Source: Ophelia neglecta (taxonomy: Eukaryota). From it: a stretch of 64,000 nucleotides of DNA. A model generated the notes under the pieces. The model was given only the letters and a program-made list of their open reading frames with translations. It was not told where the DNA came from and ran no database searches. Positions 14,221-27,126 of the stretch are shown here, in pieces. Where the stretch lies: positions 103,354,001 to 103,418,000 of the forward strand of contig OZ260661.1 of NCBI GenBank assembly GCA_965285935.1, written 5' to 3'. The number at the start of each line of letters is the position of its first letter. Position 1 is the first letter of the stretch. A program made the position numbers and the translations under genes.

Positions 14221-14349
14221 AGCGGCGTTTTAGTTGAAGAATTTACCTGCTGTGGAATAGTGTTGGCCATTTTGTTTTTTCCCCTTGGAGTTTTGTGTTG
14301 TTTCTTGATGAGGGAGCGTCGCTGTAGTAGCTGCAACGCTTCATTCTAA
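14221..14349 (+). CDS. BRI3: BRI3-like paralog A, last coding exon (hydrophobic segment plus second CxxC)
   Basis: Acceptor ttccttttcag ends at 14220. Exon reads SGVLVEEFTCCGIVLAILFFPLGVLCCFLMRERRCSSCNASF*, matching the BRI3 C-terminal pattern CxxC.GVL...FT..GI.LAI..FP.G..CC...R.RRCxxC.A.F. Spliced product is 147 aa. Confidence 0.92.
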   Translation, partial: SGVLVEEFTCCGIVLAILFFPLGVLCCFLMRERRCSSCNASF

Positions 14350-14831
14350 GAGAGAATCTCGAAACGCATACGTTTGTGTATACTCTGTAGTCAGTACCAT
14401 GCCATTAGACATTTTAGTTGTTTTTCTTATGTGGAAATACTGCATTTATTACAAGGCTTGTTATGATGTATATACAAATTGTAAACTTGCCATTTTAGAA
14501 AATTTGTGTAGTATAAAAGTACAGGATTTGCATATAGGTACATTCTAACTGTGAGGGTCAGAAAGAGGCCATGGCTGTTGACATTAATACTAGGTACATG
14601 TCTGTTAAGAAGACACATGCGTTTTACTCGCTGTTGTGAGCATCCGTAAGGATAATATAGGTTACGATGACCATGTGATGGTTTTAAAAATATTATATTG
14701 TTGTCGACATATATTTTCAAGACTAAAATGCAAGATGCTTTCAAGATCGGCTTTCTTTATATGCCATATAGCCTTAGTATTATGTATTATTACTAACGCG
14801 GAACCTCCGCCAGATAAAAAAAAAAACTTTT

Positions 14832-14950
14832 TTTAGGTAGTGTATGTCGTCAATAAAATTAATACTTCAATTTTTTTTATCCAAAGACAAAATTGTTTCA
14901 GGTAGTGTTTATGTCAATAAAGTAAAAACATCGATTTTTTTATCCAAAAG
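14832..14950 (+). repeat. Two-copy tandem duplication of about 65 bp in the BRI3-A 3' region, each copy carrying AATAAA
   Basis: aggtagtgtatgtcgtcaataaaattaatacttcaattttttttatccaaa is followed by aggtagtgtttatgtcaataaaagtaaaaacatcgattttttttatccaaaa. Confidence 0.7.
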
Positions 14951-17900
14951 GCTTAATTTTATATAAACACAAAATTCTTATTAAATTAAGATAATGTCCA
15001 TTGAGGTGCTGATTTACCCGTTCCTCCTGTTCTAGGTCCATGCCGAGTTTACAATCGGTCAATTCTTTGAATCAATTGTTGTACTCGTCTTACGATCAGG
15101 TGATTATTATATTGTGTCTTAACGTGTATGACCAATGTTGGTTGTTCTGTGGATGTCTACACCAGTAGTGAAATCTCTATCTGTATACAAACTACAAATG
15201 CTGTGAAATGGTTAATAAATTGCATATATATAATTAGATTAATTTTTTACATCTGTTATAAGTAAAGGCAATGATACACTATACACCAGAAAACCGGTTT
15301 AAGAATTATAAATACCAATGTCTGATAAACGGTAGGGACTAATACCAGTTACCTTGAAACTGTTTGATAAATTTTTGCTTGGGAGCTATACAGTACCTAT
15401 ACAGTACATATTTTTCAATACATTTATGTATACAACAGATACATTCTTATTGATTTTAGTGTCTCTGCTGCTTTTTCTTCATTCCAGCTGTGTTGTGTGT
15501 TATTAATCCCTTTTGAGAGTGTACTGCATTACATACATGTGTAAAATATCTGTTTACTATTCTAGAAATATAAATTATCAATGATTCGCAATTGTACTCA
15601 TGTTCTATCCCCTATGTGTAAAGGCTGTCAAAACTATTACCCGTAGTCTTTTTAGTATGTGACGAGAGAGAGAGAGGGGGGGGGATTCATTTCTTAACGC
15701 CTTATTATATTGTGTGATTGCTTTGGGCTTTTTTAGGTTGTATGGTGAAGTTCTATAAAAGAATATTTTATGATCAACCCTTCCTTAATTTACTTCATAG
15801 ATCAATAAAAAATGAGGTGATCATATCACTAGTTCTCCCATAAAAGTGTAAAATGAAAATTGAGAAATTTATAAGCGTTTTGGAGAAAAGCAACTTAGTT
15901 TGAAGCTGCCAAAGGAAAAATCTTGTGAATTGTTAAGCTTTAGTGTAGTTTAGTTTAGTTTAGTGAAAAAAGTACATTAAACATAAAAGCCGATAAATAC
16001 AACGTCAATTTATAAATGAAGCTGGAGGGAAGAGACTATATGGTACATAATGCTATCGGCACGATTACAACACACACTCCTGTGAAAATAATGTTAACAA
16101 AACAGTTTAAAGCATAGCGCCATAAAGTCAAAATAATGACTTATTTTCATGGTGGTCAGTTACACATGGTCACTCGATACAAAACGACCAACACAGCACA
16201 TAACATATCTCTGCATTTAACTTGACTTTCAGAGTATATCAAAATAAGGAGCTTCGCATTGATAAATGTTTGCTTCCCACGGACTTGATCTAGTAAAATG
16301 CCCATACAGGAAACATTCACAAAATTCTTCATGCACAAATAGTTTGCACTTCCAAATATTCGGGCAACCTCGACAACAACCTAATTTGCGCAGTAACTAT
16401 AAATGAGTCGTGCTGTAAATGTTTGATAAAAGTCGCAAATTTATTCTGTTCTTTATTGATATATTTACCCCCGTGATTTAACAAATTCAATAGTATAATA
16501 CAGTCCCGTTTAAACAATTTTGAAGACGGAAGTTATGCCGGAAGCCGCATTCTTTCATGGTATATTTAAACTGAGACTCCATTTTGATTTTATAGACCAA
16601 TATAAAAACGAAGTTAAATCTAAAATTAAACAACGGGACAATATGCATAGCTAAATCAACAGTTTTAAAGGGTGGTTATCAAATTGAAATATTGTAATGT
16701 TGTCATGTTGAATAATTGAGTAATAAAAAGCCATTTAAAAAGACAGACGGCCTAGGAACTTGCTTTTCTAATCTATCGGACACGGCTTGAACAATCTCAT
16801 TCATGTAGCTTAAATGTAGGCTAATGTGGGTCATGAACGAACATCTGTGTCGGTGTATTAGGTCGTTTCAGTGTCATGTCAGGTCACCAGAGCACGAAAG
16901 ATAAAACACCTCTGCAGCTGATCCGGATTTGAAGACACGCGCTGGATAAGTATGCACACTGTAACCAATCGTTATAATTATATTAAGTTGCTGTCAAGTT
17001 CATTGAAAATACGTGTTACATTGACCATGTCTTGGCTGGTGAATGATATAAGGTTACAACATAGCATGAGTTTTGCCATAAGTGGTCATTATAGCCCCTA
17101 GCTGAGTAAAGACATAAAAACACTCTTTGGGATATCTCATTAATATGAAATTGTAGCTAATTATATTAGCAATTGGGTAAAAATTATTTAAACACACCTA
17201 CACCAGCTCGATTTTTCGGCATATGCACTTGAAAATGCATACTTATTTAATCAAGTAGTGCCTAAAAATTGTACTTTCACTAATTTATTATTGTCTCAAT
17301 TACAAACAGGATATAATAAACTATTTGATGATCATCTTCTATGATAATTACTAAAAGAAATGAGTGATTTATTTACACAGGAAGCGCCCTGACACTGTAT
17401 ATTTATTTCAGTTTGCACGCCATGCATCTGACTGGCTGAATCCGACTCATGTTATAGCCCTGACCTAATTCTTACCGTATGAGAAATTGATGTACAGCAT
17501 ATTTTAATTTAACACGTGCGATTAAACGCATAACTAAGCCTCGCACCGGACAATCACGCAGTCCTTTTCCTTGCATAGACGTATACTGCTTTATATTTAC
17601 TTGTATATATATGCTACTATAAAAAGTAGTAATAATATGATATTCAATACCAGGTGTCCATAATTATTTAATATACTGAATACAAAGTCCAATTCTCAGA
17701 CAAAGTCGTGGCCGTTAACATATGTGCAAATGATCATATATTCACAGGGTTAGTCATCAATATCAGAATAAACTGTTAGGCAACTGACAAATCCTCAAAT
17801 TTTGCATCATGTAAAGCCCCGCGGCTGTGAATGTTTTCTTCTCCATTGCATTCCATAAATATTATTACCATGTTTAATAGCAATATGTTTGGATGTTTCA

Positions 17901-18820
17901 TACTTCCTGATATGATTATCCTCTCATTTGAAATCGTAGCTACCCGTATAAACATAATCATACTCCTGCTAACACTGCTCAAGGGCATTGAGGGTATCTG
18001 AGCATGGTAGCTGTCCAGTACTTGTCTGAACAAGCTTCAATATAAAACCATAAGGAAACATTTTGTTACCTTCATAAATGTCCAAAAAAGATCCTCTGAA
18101 ATGTAAACAATGACAAGAAGATATCCGAGTGTGCCTGATCGTGTAGCTTCGACGGCTAGCAGGTTAATCAGACCGCACAGATCCTACCTTCCCTGCTTAG
18201 AGACGGTAACAAATTACTCATAAGATCACTCGCTATATCGATCTTACGTATTAAATGCCACTGCGAGCAGGGTTCGAGTCACCTTATCAATAAAACAATG
18301 AAAGAAATTAATTAAACCTCAAATTAAGTCTACCCAGAACCGTCCAACAATGATTCCTTGAAGCCTTTTATTAAAGTATGCAGCTCACCAAACAACAGAA
18401 CGTGACAAGGCACATGCAGTCTGGTCTTATATTATAATTTGAATGAATCCCAGATATTTTGGACTTGAAATGGAAACCCACGAAAGAGGTTTCTCAAATT
18501 CCCTTCTTGGCGTTGACTAGATTTGGTCCACAGTTTACAGTATATCAGTATACCGGAACTACAGTGTTTATTGTTATATACTGTAATACATCCGTGTCAG
18601 GAGTATACCCCTCACACCCCCTCCCCCTACCCAGACAACCGTCCACTTGTTATCTTATGGCCCGACCCTTGTCATCGTCCTATACATTGTACAGCTTAGT
18701 AGGTTCACCTTTAATATTAGGAGTCGACCGATGTCTAAACTGTTTATGTTGTGTATCTGTGTATAAAATATTTGGTAATACGCAGTTCTCGTGTTTATCG
18801 AAATGCTGTCAGATTTAAGT

Positions 18821-18858
18821 TATAAAGGTGTGAGATAAGAAACTAGGCGGAGATAAGA
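18821..18858 (+). promoter_or_regulatory. Candidate core promoter of BRI3-like paralog B (TATA-like element plus two GATA sites)
   Basis: TATAAAG at 18821 and AGATAAGA at 18833 and 18851, about 65-100 bp upstream of the inferred ATG at 18922. Confidence 0.4.
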
Positions 18859-18921
18859 TACGGTTATTTACAATGACCATCTATGACTGTACAAAGCGAA
18901 AACAAACGCAGTGGACCTAAA

Positions 18922-18940
18922 ATGGCCGACGGAAACAACG
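18922..18940 (+). CDS. BRI3: BRI3-like paralog B, start-codon exon (MADGNN + 1 nt)
   Basis: aaaATGG context; phase-1 donor gtatgt at 18941 matches the phase of the acceptor at 21780 (G+CG = Ala) and supplies the ATG that the 21798 ORF lacks. Confidence 0.7.
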
Positions 18941-21780
18941 GTATGTTTTTTCTACTAAAATGTCCTATTGTGTCAATGTTTTGTAAATTTTCACTTTGAA
19001 GTAATGTTGATATAAATCGTTAGTTGTTACTCGAGTGAAACGCCCGCTTGAACACTGAAGTGATCTAGAAGAAAGCATTATTTTTATTACTAATTTTTAT
19101 TACAGCAATATCTTTAATATATTGCAGTTGTTGATTCGCTTATATACCTACACAAGCGAGAACGAAATATCACTATAAGAGGAATATGTACCCTGTCTAT
19201 CTGGTGTACTAGTGCCAAAGCTTTACTCTACTGGCCGCATTACCCATATATATATGTAAAATTAAATCAGTAAACTAATGGCAAATACAGGAAACAAGTG
19301 TTAACACTAATTCTAAAACAGGTATAAACACTAATCCAATTCATGGAATAAAAACTAATTTCAGCTGACATTGTGCTTCTGATAGGAAAACAATGTCGAT
19401 GAAAAGAATCACCCACATTATACAGACAAATTTTGTACATCTTTCCACGCTGGAAACAGAACTTATATAAAATACACTCTTTTCTTTGTGCTTAAACAGC
19501 GTATAACACCATATTATAAGTGGCATAACATCAATTCCTTTTATATCCACAATGCACCTATTGACCATTTGTTTACGCCGATCGTAAGAACCAAACATAG
19601 TGACTCTTACACAAATCTCCGGTTTTCCAGACAGCTTTTTTTGCATGCAAAATTTGATTTACTCATGTAGTAAGCATCAATGTCCTGTCTGTTTAAATAA
19701 TAGTCAATCATACTTTTATCATTTTGATAATCGTGCCAATTTAGAAGGCATTAATTGCTGTTCTATTACGGATTGCAAGACCTCAATAAGCATATTTTGA
19801 GTGTGTTTCATTTTGAACAATCGTACCGAAAGCCAACCATTGATTTTGAAACTAAACTGAGGCTCGTATTTTAGATTTGAATTCATTGAATGAATCTATT
19901 AACCTTACCAAAGATTGTTATAGTCCCTACGAAAATTCCATTCAATGTCGATGAGCTATTTTTCAAAGTTTGTGTTGTACATATTATTGCACCGTTCTCT
20001 TGATAATTTTCATCTTACTCATACACATTTGGTTTAATCTTGCATGATGTTCTCATTGGTCTGTCTCTTCTAATTTAACTGCTTTTTAAAATTCATTCAT
20101 CTAATATAATGTGTGCAATATCTTTTAAACAGCTCAGTATAATAAATATGAATATACACTGTCTTTCTAGTATAATTATAAGGGACTGAAACATAGTTCT
20201 TTCAGTCAAACAGAAGCGTAGTTTTGATATGATTTACATTGTTGGGCTAGGGATATTAAGTTATGTGCCTCCTTTCAACTTTGGTTTATTTGACATGGTA
20301 TATATCTGCTGCAGTCATGATTTATGCCCAATATCTGTTAAAAAGATCTGATTCTTGAATATTTTTTTAATGAAGTACATGTATATGCATTATTGAGCAG
20401 AGAATGACCCTTATCTTAAATGCCCACTGACAAACAGGCCGATATAATTTTTAAAAATTACCTTAATTGTAGAAATAATTTTTTGTTCAAGTGGATTGGC
20501 TTTTTGCATAATTCATTACTTACAATTGTGCTATTATTTTTAAAAGAGGCATGGATAAAATGGACTTATATTATGAAAAGTAAAATTACAAATGATGTGC
20601 TATATTTAAAAGTGTCATAGACAGTCTAAAGATGGATAAAAAGTGAAAGAGGGCATTTTTGCTTTTCTTTAGTTTTCAAGCATGCTAAACATAGCCCACG
20701 ACCTTCTTAGATGAAGGACTTCCTTTCTTCGTGTGATTATTTTTTAAATCCCGAGAACATGTTTATTTAGCACTGCCTTTGAATTATATTGCACTTACAC
20801 TGTATTCTGGCTTTTCGGTGGGCATTTCACCCCCAATAAGAGCTGACAGGCGGGCATCCTCCAAATTTGAAGCCAATCCTCTTAGATCCGTGTAGGCTGC
20901 TGTGTCCTTCGCAATCTTGAGTTAGATTCTTACTCTGCTTTAAGGACTACTAGTCGTGTGGAAACTCACTCAAACCACGGTTGGGTGAAACAAATACCTG
21001 CGTAGTCTAGCATGGGAAATACGGATCAACACTCATCTCAACTTTGGCAGTGTTTATCTTATCAATCAGCCTGTTCTTTTAACTTACCTATCAACTACGG
21101 TTTCTAGACAACTTGCTCAACGACAAAAATTGACTGAAATAATTGTTACTAAAATTGAGATGAAATCAAGCACTGTGATGGCACGAGTATATATGAATGT
21201 AACCAGCATCATTCTGCTATAAATTCTTACCAAACACTTATTATCGACATATTAGACGGTGTGGCCTGATGGTGATATCACTTCTATGTTTTCCATTTTA
21301 CTAACTGCATTACAAATTTCTTTGCTGATTGGGAACTGGGGATTGATCTAATAATATGTCTAATAATATAATATATTTTTGCTGGTTCCTGGTTATTTTA
21401 GGCCGATACGATGGAATATTCTGGATTAACGATCTTGTTTTGTGCGCAAGATATCGACTCCCGTCTTTTAAAACACAGGCTAACCGGGGGCATATCGGAA
21501 TATTATGTTTTTCCATATGCAGAACTGCTTGATACCAATGACCAGTCAATTATTATTCAAAATACATAGAAACATAATAGTCAAACTAACCTCTATTGGT
21601 TTACAAGCTTACAGTTCCTATCAATGGAACACAATCTTTCAGTGCGAAATTTTGTTTTCAATGATTTACTCATTAGCCAAACTCGATACTGTGAATCCTT
21701 GGCTATTGTATTGTTTCCCATTGGTTTCCTTTTCATGGTGTCCTTACTTCAACTTAATTACAAATGTAATTTCTTTTAAG

Positions 21781-22085
21781 CGGGCAATGAGAACGAAGTG
21801 AAGACACAGTGGAATAACCAACAAAAGTATGATGGCCCACCTCCTCCATATCCGGGGACGGGTCATCCGCCGCCAGCAGATGGTCTCCCCCCGGGATATT
21901 CCCCGGCGCCGCCCGGGACGACCTACCAGTATCCTGTCCCGGGAGTGGGTATGCCACCCCCGCCCCACGGACAAGCCTCATCACCGGGATTTAACCGGTC
22001 AGCATACACTACTGTCCAGCCTGTTCTATCCATACCGACTATTTCTACAACAATAATAGTCAGAGGAAACTGCCCTGGCTGTGGG
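21781..22085 (+). CDS. BRI3: BRI3-like paralog B, Pro-rich exon (PPPY motif, first CxxC)
   Basis: Acceptor ttcttttaag ends at 21780. Reads GNENEVKTQW...DGPPPPYPG...TTIIVRGNCPGCG; phase-0 donor gtgag at 22086, the same position as in paralog A. Confidence 0.88.
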
Positions 22086-22274
22086 GTGAGATCATTTTAT
22101 AATTTACGTGGCAATACATATTGAATGACAAAAGATGAATTGCAAATGCAGGTGGTAACGCTTTTAGGATAAGATTAACATAAGACTAATCTGGATAAAT
22201 GATTTGTCTTTGTCTGCCGGGTATCCGCTCCCGTTTTGTGAAGTAAAGTTTTCATAATAACATTTGTTTTCTAG

Positions 22275-22403
22275 ATTGGAACTCTTCGTGATGAATTTAC
22301 TTGCTGCGGAATTGCTCTTGCTGTTATATTCTTTCCAATTGGTTTAGTTTGCTGTGTATTGCTACGAGACAGAAGGTGTACACACTGTGGAGCGTCTTTC
22401 TAA
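22275..22403 (+). CDS. BRI3: BRI3-like paralog B, last coding exon
   Basis: Acceptor ttgttttctag ends at 22274. Reads IGTLRDEFTCCGIALAVIFFPIGLVCCVLLRDRRCTHCGASF*; coding length 129 nt, identical to paralog A. Not in the ORF track. Confidence 0.92.
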   Translation: MGTLRDEFTCCGIALAVIFFPIGLVCCVLLRDRRCTHCGASF

Positions 22404-24427
22404 TATTCCTGCTACGACGTTTTCATCTGTTTGCTAATGGAAATATGGGGTACAAAGCATCGTCATAATATGAATGTCTTTCAACCACTGATTATAATTG
22501 ACGAGAGGGAAAGAAATCGATCAAAGTCATTGGAAATATATGAAAATCAATCGATATTTTACATTAAATTAAACATCATTACGATGCATGCAAAAGTATG
22601 TACCTTATTTTTTTTATTAATATGCTTATATTGGGAAGGAAAGTAATTATTAAGATTTGCTTATGACATCAATAAGATTGGTGAAAATCAATTATCAATT
22701 GCCTATTGTTTATATATATTATTGTTCTTATCGCCATCAATAGATATACTGCATACAGTCGTTTGAAATGGGTGTACATTCGGGTATTGCTAATGGAGAA
22801 TGTAGGCTATTGATGCAAAGTTAAGGCTTCCACCATTCGGAATAAATATCTATGGTAATGTATTCCATGATATAAAAACAATGTCAATTGCATCAAAAAT
22901 ATGTTTCTAATATTATACACAATTGATGAGATTGAATTAGAAGTAACCAAAACTCCAACAAGAATTGAGGCGTCGATGAACCCTGGTGAGAAAGATCATC
23001 GTAGAACAACTAGTGTTATCTTTTAACACCCACGGAATTATCATCAAAACACTGTTAACTGCTGGCTTCCTCTCACGGAAGAAAACGTAAAAGTTCCTAA
23101 AGATCCCTCAGGGAGCGAGTTTGTGAAATTAATAAATAATGATGACAATACATAAATGTCAACAGAGAAAAGCATGCATTATATATAGCACCTCCATGAC
23201 CCAAGCAACCAATATGATTATCCTAAAAATTATAATCTGTGGAAAATAGATTGCCTTGGATGACATGGGAAATTAAATGTAGAAACCATACAAAAGAAAA
23301 GAATGAATGTCAGCGCAAAGCTTATTATAACATATTGCTATTGGTACGGATACAATAAGGTCCAACGTACAATGAAGACATGCATAGGTAGAATACAGTT
23401 ACACGCTTATTATATTTGGGGACCTGCTGATTATCAAAGATTTAGAAGCTTCAATGGCAAGATCGGCAACTTCTAAGACATCATGGAGATATAGAGGCAA
23501 AAACAGAAGGATATTTTCGTGATGTCAATTCTTATAGACAGCTATGGAGTAAAAAAAAGCAATTGGTAGCGGGAGAAAGGAGACACGCAACTGGACTAGT
23601 GTACCGGAGAAAAAGGTCAGCTATCCTAAGCTTGGCGTGGGATATGTGTTTGCTTGCCAAAGACACGTCCGGTAGCTAAGCCACCAGACCCCCTGCGACC
23701 TCCAGGGCAAAGGAAAGAAGGCGACATATGCATATGTTCCAGACAAATATCATAGCGAATTCTGAAGAAACAAAAACAGGTGGTGGTTTTTGACCTGCAG
23801 ATCGAATTTACCGAGTCTCCGGACCCAAGGGCCGTCTAAAAACTGATTATTATCAGAACAGTCCTCTCCGACTGGAGGTAGGATTTTCTTTGTCTGGCGG
23901 GTGTCCTCTTCCGGGTTTTTTTCATAAGAGGTCTGAATAAAGCGGAATTCTTAAGCTGTGCTTGTATAGGACTTCCTTTCACGATCACTAATGCGCACTC
24001 CTTATATAAGAATCTAACGGACCGTAAATTATAGGACGGTTTCGAGGCCAGTAAGAAAATTTATATGATTTACTCCTCGTCCTTTTTTTATCATTTATGA
24101 GTAGAAGATGAGAAATACGCAATTTCATTAGCAACATGTACGGTAATGCCTTGTATGGTTGTGTCATTATTTAAATGTAAGTTTCATTTTTTCGGTACGT
24201 ACACAATAGACCTCAACGCGTGCGCGCGGTCTTTGCATTGAATTGATAACCAAATATTATACGATATCAGCAAATATAAACAGACATTTTGTAATGATCA
24301 AAAAAGAGGAGTAGTTTTTTTTAGTGTCTTAAACCCGTCTTTCCATCAAGACAAGCATTCATGCCAGTATTTAGTAGCATCATACAAGAAAAGGTATGAA
24401 TACATGTAAGCCCATACTATATAAATA

Positions 24428-24603
24428 CAGTAAAACCTGTCTAATCAGGTCAAGGGACTGGAAAAAAACTGACCACATTATGTAGGTGACCTTAATAGGC
24501 AGGTCAGTTAACACAAGCTTAAGTGGGGATCGGACTTTTATTTTGTGACCTTAGTGGGCAGGTGGCCTTATAACACAGGTGACCACAAACACAGGTTTCA
24601 CTG
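24428..24603. mobile_element. Tc1/mariner-type MITE
   Basis: TIR cagtaaaacctgt ... acaggtttcactg (13 bp, 1 mismatch) flanked by TA on both sides (24426-24427, 24604-24605); internal caggtgacc/caggtggcc subrepeats. Confidence 0.8.
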
Positions 24604-25279
24604 TACATCAATAGGCAACTACACGAGCCTGCAATAGTTTACGCTGTTCAATGAAACTAAAATCTAGCTTTTTATATTAAGTAACAAGATAATGGCAATG
24701 GTGATGACGTAATGGCGAAATTGGCCAAACAGGAAGATGGAATTGTTTCGACTTAATAATTGGGAAGCTCCTTTAGACCATATTTTTTAATGTTTCGGAG
24801 AAACGTCATTTTATGAATTAATGTAGATGTATTGTATATATAGTATATTTTTAATATAACAGTTATCCATAGTGATATGTTATTGGAAACTCCTTTCAGG
24901 CTCATTACATCGGAAGACACTTTAATAAAAAATATTTCTTGCAACAGGCTACCGACAAGCTTCTCTTCCGGCGAAATCAGTAGTATATATTTATGGAAGC
25001 AGGATAGCAAATAATTTCGTAGCGTGTTTTGTAAGTTTTCAATTGCGGCTTTAATAACAAATAATCCTCCAAACACGCCTAGAACGCTTGATGTTGATCA
25101 AGAAAGTATTCTTTCTCATAACTCGTTAGACTAAACATAATGTACACAGCACAATCAGTGGGCTTTGAATATACCTGCCAATCAAAATTTGGAGAAGAAA
25201 TGACGTTTGTCTTTGAAAAGCAGGGTCTAAGTATACGTGTACAAAAGATTAGAAGTTTAAGACAAAAGAAAGTGATTAA

Positions 25280-26212
25280 GTTTTCCTTGGCATCCAAAAA
25301 GACAGATGTGCCATGTCCCTACCGGGTAAAAAATTGACAATCTAATAAACCTGTTGCAATAAAGCAGCATGCGAGCAAAAAGCAATTTACTAGTGGGTAA
25401 GCAAATTTTGGCCAGGCAAGTGGTCAGGGGAGGGAGAAGTTTCCTCAGTCGTAGTTTTGACTCAGTCGATAGGCTAGCAAAACCCAAGCGCAAAATTAGG
25501 CTTGGTACTGATTTTCATCTAGACATACAGTGGTGGCTGATCTGTTTTCACCACTTTCAGGGCAGGCCTATCTCTACAGCGTGTTATAGACCTGAAGTAG
25601 CTATTGAGGTAGATGGCTGTATTGACGCATCGGGGATAGTTTTTGAAAGTGACTGGATCTATACCCATGGTATATGGACTTGACCTTTGTCAACAATTGG
25701 CATAATAACCTCAAGGAGGTCCTGTCTGTCTTATTATCAGACAGACGATAAGAACATCTTTGGCAGGGAAAGACCCATATGGTGTTTTGCTGGTCAGTCA
25801 GATTATCATTGTACTATCTAGGTGAGGCAAATATAATCGGTGACACAGTCGTCTTGGTTAAAACATGGAGGTAATAACTTGAAATTTTGGGTTTGCCTCA
25901 ACCAGATCCCACTTAATTAGGCCTCCTTCTCAAGATCCATTCATCGAAAGAATTCTTGTACCACATGTCCCCTCGGAGTGTGTTTTCTTTGCTTCCACGG
26001 ATCGCCAGCCTGGGAAGGGTGAGGACGAACTGGATCAAGAGGTGGCCTGGCACAGAGGTCAGGCCTTGGCTCTCACAACCCAGCGAGCTTATAGATCACA
26101 GGTCAAAATCGTCCTGCAGTTTTGTGTGTAATTCGGTTACAAGCCAGAGGCAGCCAGTGGTACTACACTGTGTTTAGATATGTAGCCATTCTAGATAGGA
26201 CAAGGAAGTACA
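25280..26212 (+). mobile_element. Decayed DIRS/Ngaro-type (tyrosine recombinase) retrotransposon: RT C-terminus, RNase H and start of the YR ORF
   Basis: In order, with frameshifts and stops: VFLGIQKDRCAMSLPGKKL; LVGKQILARQVVRGGRSFLSR...KIRLGTDFHLDIQWWL...EVDGC..SGIVFESDWIY; WHNNLKEVLSVLLS..HLWQGK (DIRS RT/RNase H pattern); then ELDQEVAWHRGQALALTTQRAYRSQVKIVLQFCV*FGYKP...LC/RYVAIL (YR N-terminal region). Confidence 0.8.
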
Positions 26213-26470
26213 GTTATGCATAACCAGATGTCAATTGGATGATAATTTTAATAAAAGAGATTTACATTTAAATGCGTGATTTGTGTCGTTGTGACTAATA
26301 GTATATATTATCGTACAAGTGCGATGACATTTGTACAATCAAATAGGCCTAGATCGATAAAAAGATGTAAGGCTTCCGAAACATTGATCAGGCATGAATG
26401 TGGGGGAGGCACAAACATATAAATATATATATTTATATGTATGTATTTGGTCAAATCACTTGTTTCGTTT

Positions 26471-26558
26471 TTTAAGACTAAAGACGTCACGAGAATATAC
26501 ACGAGGTTATTCCGTTGTGGAGCAAAATTATCTCACAACAGGGGATTCTTTACATGTA
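26471..26558 (+). repeat. 88-bp duplicate of an internal segment (27894-27981) of the 546-aa CDS
   Basis: Gap-free alignment with 9 nucleotide differences; translates to LRLKTSREYTRGYSVVEQNYLTTGDSLHV versus LRQKDSREYTRGYSIVEQNYLTTGESLHV. Confidence 0.9.
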
Positions 26559-27126
26559 AAATGTATGTAGGGCTATTCTACACTGCATTACCCTGCATTG
26601 GTAAATATCAATCAGAAATTAAGTGTTGTATAATAAACGTATAGTGACCGCATTATTATCAATAAATCTGTTTCTCTCTTTTGGTTCAGCTCCTTAGCTA
26701 TTTAATGGTTATAATATACATGGCGTATCTTTTGACGGTGTTGATGGGGGGCAACTACATAACCAGCTTGTATCCTAGGCCGATACGGTTATCAGGTCTA
26801 CAAGTATCCGTGTACCCCGTACGTGATCTCACATGGTCATATCAAATGGGGTCTGAACGAAAAGCCAACCTCACAATCAGTTTTGCAAACACTATTGTAT
26901 TTGCATTTGATCGATTGCAGTAATATAATAGATACCTATGAGTGAATGGTTGGTAGCTTTTGTTTTCATAATTTCAGTGAATAACTGACGGGAACAATTT
27001 GTTCACGGCTTTAAACTTGCCTTATATACTTGAGGATTTAAACTAGGCTCGACTATAATGTTGTAGTTAAATCATATTCAAAGCAGGCTAGAGAAACTCG
27101 ACATATTAGAATCACATTCCGCGATA

